Of a DNA stretch of 64,000 nt, positions 60,948 through 64,000 are shown piece after piece. The position numbers were made by a program, and so were the translations under genes. The notes below the pieces were generated by a model that worked only from the letters and a program-made list of their open reading frames with translations, was not told the origin of the DNA and did not search any database. Source of the stretch: a candidate division FCPU426 bacterium (GTDB taxonomy: Bacteria > Oederibacteriota > Muellerivitia > Muellerivitales > Muellerivitaceae); contig CAWHOE010000057.1 of assembly GCA_963830915.1 (NCBI GenBank), forward strand, positions 1 to 64,000, written 5' to 3'. Every line of letters starts with the position of its first letter. Positions within the stretch are counted from its first letter, which is position 1.

Positions 60948-62101
60948 ATGTGTCCCATCGTATCCACCTGGCTTTCTTGGCTCTCTTATTATTAATGGCC
61001 GTTCCCCTGGCATGTTCCAAGACCTATTACCTCGGGCCGTTAGCGACCACACCCACTCCTGTTTTTACCCCGAGTTACTCATCCACCCCTGTTTTCACCC
61101 CAACCTCCACCTGCACTGGAAGACTGGTGACGACCCTGGCGGGTCATATCGGCGCAGGCGGCGCCGTCAACGGGACCGGAACCGCCGCCTCATTCAATTA
61201 TCCTCAAGGGGTCGGGGTTGACACTGCCGGTAATGTTTATGTCGCGGACTCGGATAATCACATGATCCGAAAGATCGATCCTGGGGGCGTGGTGACAACC
61301 CTGGCGGGATCGGGGGCCGAGGGAAACACGAACGGGACGGGAACCGCAGCCTCATTTTATTTTCCAAGCGGAGTCGCGGCCGACCTATCCGGCAATGTTT
61401 ACGTCGCGGACACTGGGAATAACCTCATCCGTGAGATCAGCCCCGGCGGCATTGTGACGACCTTGGCTGGATCTGGCGCGGAGGGCGCGGTCAATGGCAC
61501 CGGAACCGCGGCGAGTTTCTTCATGCCCAGGGGCGTCGCGGTCGATAGCGCGGGCAATGTCTATGTCGGGGATTCGGGCAACAATATGATCCGAAAGATC
61601 ACTCCAGGGGGGTTGGTCTCGACCCTGGCTGGTTCCGGATCCTATGGGAGTTCCGACGGAACAGGAACCGCCGCCTCATTTGCCTCGCCCCAAGGAATCG
61701 CGTTGGACACGGCTGGAAACATTTATGTCGCGGATACCAATGATGATCTGATCAGGTGGATCACGCCGGGTGGTGTGGTTTCGACCGCCGCGGGTTCGGC
61801 TTGGGTCGCGGGATCCAACAACGGGACTGGTTCAGCGGCGACGTTCGATAATCCAACCGGGGTGGCGGTCGATGGTTCCGGGGATATTTATGTCGCGGAT
61901 CTAAGCAACGACCTGATCCGGGAGATCGCTCCCGGGGGCGTGGTCACGACCCTAGCGGGTACCCTCGATGAAGCCGGATGCGTCAACGGTAATGCCGCCT
62001 GCGCTCTGTTCTATTACCCGAATGAGGTCGCGGAGGATTCAGCCGGGAACCTTTACGTCGTAGAGTCCCACAACAACATGATCCGGAAGATCTCGCCGTG
62101 A
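60948..62101 (+). CDS. NHL-repeat lipoprotein
   Basis: PLAC lipobox; six NGTGTAASF..P.GVAVD.AGNVYVAD..N..IR.I.PGG.V.TLAG repeats; exact start within 60944-60950 is uncertain. Confidence 0.88.
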
Positions 62102-62173
62102 AAACCAATTCATTGATTTGGCCGTATTTTCTGAAAGCATCCAAGCCATAAACACTGGCCTTGCTTTTTCCAT

Positions 62174-62203
62174 GGAATAAATCCCCTTTTTTGAAGTCTT
62201 ATA
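62174..62203 (+). promoter_or_regulatory. Putative ECF promoter (copy 3)
   Basis: GGAATA-N16-GTCTTATA. Confidence 0.55.
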
Positions 62204-62225
62204 TGTAGGGAACCCCAGTAGCAGA

Positions 62226-62331
62226 CCCTGAAGTAGAGATGCCTTCGGCATCACACTTCAGGGCAGGGCCCTTCGCACGCTTCATGGCACGGCACTTCAG
62301 GGCAGGGCCCTTCGCACGCTTCAAGGCACGG
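62226..62331. repeat. REP-like hairpin plus a 2 x 39-bp tandem repeat
   Basis: CCCTGAAGT..GATGCC-TTC-GGCATC..ACTTCAGGG; units 62254-62292 and 62293-62331. Confidence 0.75.
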
Positions 62332-62378
62332 CGCTAAGGGGTGGCACGAGTGACCGATCGAGTGGAAAGACAAGTCGA

Positions 62379-63993
62379 ATGTTTCAACCTTTATCCAAAA
62401 CCATATTGTTTGGGTTCATATGCCTGGGGTTCTTTTTTGCGGCCAATCCCATGATGTCCCAGCCTATTTGCGGGTCCCTTGTGAACGAAACGATCAATTG
62501 GACACCGATCGCATCTCTCCCCTCGGCCCGTTTCTGGTCGGCCACGGCCCGTCCTGAATGGACTGATCTATGAAATCGGCGGCGAGGAATCCTACGCGAC
62601 CACGGACGTGGATGTTTACAATCCCGTTTCAAACACCTGGTCGCCCTTGGCACCCTTGCCTGTCGCCACTTGGCTCATGGGGGCGGATGTGATCGATGGA
62701 ATTATTTATGTGGCCGGGGGGTATGACTATTATGGTGAGGTCAATACCCTTTACGCTTATAACCCTTCCACCAATACCTGGTCCACCCTTGCCCCCTTGC
62801 CTATTCCGCTGGTGGAAGAAGGGGTCGTCGCGATCAACGGGATCCTTTATGCCGTGGGAGGAGCGGTGGGAAGCGGGGCGCCGCCCACACCCGTTAATAC
62901 CCTCTATGCCTATAACCCCGCGACCAATACCTGGGCCACTCTGGCACCCATGCCAGCCGCTCTAACATTTATGACGGTGTGCTCGTACAACGGGCTTCTT
63001 TACGCCGCGGGTGGTTATGGCGTCGTCGGAGCGAGCGAGAAAGATGTGAATACTTTCGAGTCTTACGATCCCGCCACCAATACTTGGACGGCACTGGCCC
63101 CCATGAATATCAGCTGTTCGAATTTCGCCCTCCAGGAGGTCAATGGGATCCTTTACGCCGTGGGGGGCTTGATCAACACCGTTCCGGGGGTCATCGCCAG
63201 CGTAGAGGCCTACGATCCAACCGCCAATACCTGGACCAACCTATCGAATCCCTATCCCATCGTCCTCCAGGGAATGGGGGACGTGGTGGTCAACGGGTCG
63301 ATGTATGTGATCGGCGGATATTCGGACAGCGCGACCCTCGATGCCCCGACCAGCGTCTGTTACATGATGTCCATTGTTTGCAATACGAGCCCGACCCCTA
63401 CTATCACCGTTTCTCCCACGTCCTCCCTTACCCCGACGGTTTCGATGACGCCTAGCGCGACAGCCTCCCAGACCAATACGTCAACATCAACAGCGACTGG
63501 GACATCGTCCCTCTCCGCTACGCCTTCCGCTACGCCAACGATTACTTTAACACCCACGAATACGATGACGCCTACGGCATCCCTTACCGCTACTCCTTCC
63601 CCTACGGGGACAAGTTCGGCAACGCCAACGACGACTTCCACTTCCACCTTCACGACTACCATCACCTGGACATCGACACCCACATTCACACCCACCATAA
63701 CCTTGACCCCGACGCCCACCCCGGTCCCGTTGAATATTTGGCCCAATCCCTTCAACCTGAACTCCGCGGTGGGCGGGGTCTTGAAAGCCCACCTGGCGCC
63801 TCCTGGCTCTTACATGGAGATCTTCACGGTTTCAGGGGAGATGGTGAATCGAATGAGCGAAATGAACGGAACGATCCTTTGGGATGGGCGCAACCGTTAT
63901 GGCCGCGTGGTTTCCAACGGCATCTATTTTTACGTGGTCATGAGCGGGCAAAATGTATTAACGAAGGGGAAACTTCTGGTCCAAACGAATTAA
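62379..63993 (+). CDS. Secreted Kelch-repeat protein with Thr/Pro stalk and CTD; single frameshift near 62550
   Basis: The signal-peptide ORF 62379 joins VLNGLIYEIGG in the next frame; GG..YNP.TNTW..LAP repeats; WPNPFN..WDGRN..VSNGIYF..KLLVQTN. Confidence 0.85.
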
Positions 63994-64000
63994 TGCGCCT

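Noticed and set aside
62540..62560. Phase-variable switch in the Kelch gene
   Set aside because: The frameshift is at a CCC run too short for slippage; sequencing error is more likely.
1..64000. tRNA, rRNA, integrase or prophage structural genes
   Set aside because: None recognised by eye; a tRNAscan/Rfam run would be needed to exclude small RNAs.

Overview
The window appears to be two different genomes joined at about 4,925. Bases 1-4,925 are very GC-rich, heavily frameshifted Planctomycetota-like DNA (GT41/TPR glycosyltransferases and an LEERMLLA-type extracellular NHL protein). This segment collides head-on with a truncated lipoprotein gene of a cleaner, mid-GC diderm bacterium whose gene style is reminiscent of candidate division FCPU426 (inference only). 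From 5-35 kb and 48-64 kb the second genome is dominated by secreted proteins and lipoproteins: Thr/Pro stalks, beta-propeller (NHL, PQQ, Kelch) or CBM-like tips, five proteins with a FlgD-Ig/T9SS-CTD-like C-terminus, a PorV-like barrel and two GGDEF cyclases, plus recN, short argA and hflX. An accessory island at 37.6-46 kb holds SRAP, a lone umuD with a perfect operator, a 15x33-bp tandem array, an ORF6N gene and two IS481 copies with separate 7-bp TSDs. The best novelty candidates are (1) the centromere-like array directly upstream of a protein that looks like a CTPase-less ParB HTH fused to a TM helix and a VirB8/NTF2-like domain, a possible DNA-to-membrane tether, and (2) a perfect DNA palindrome inside the ORF6N gene with a fully compensated sister palindrome in its promoter region. 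All family calls are from motif recognition by eye; no database searches were run.
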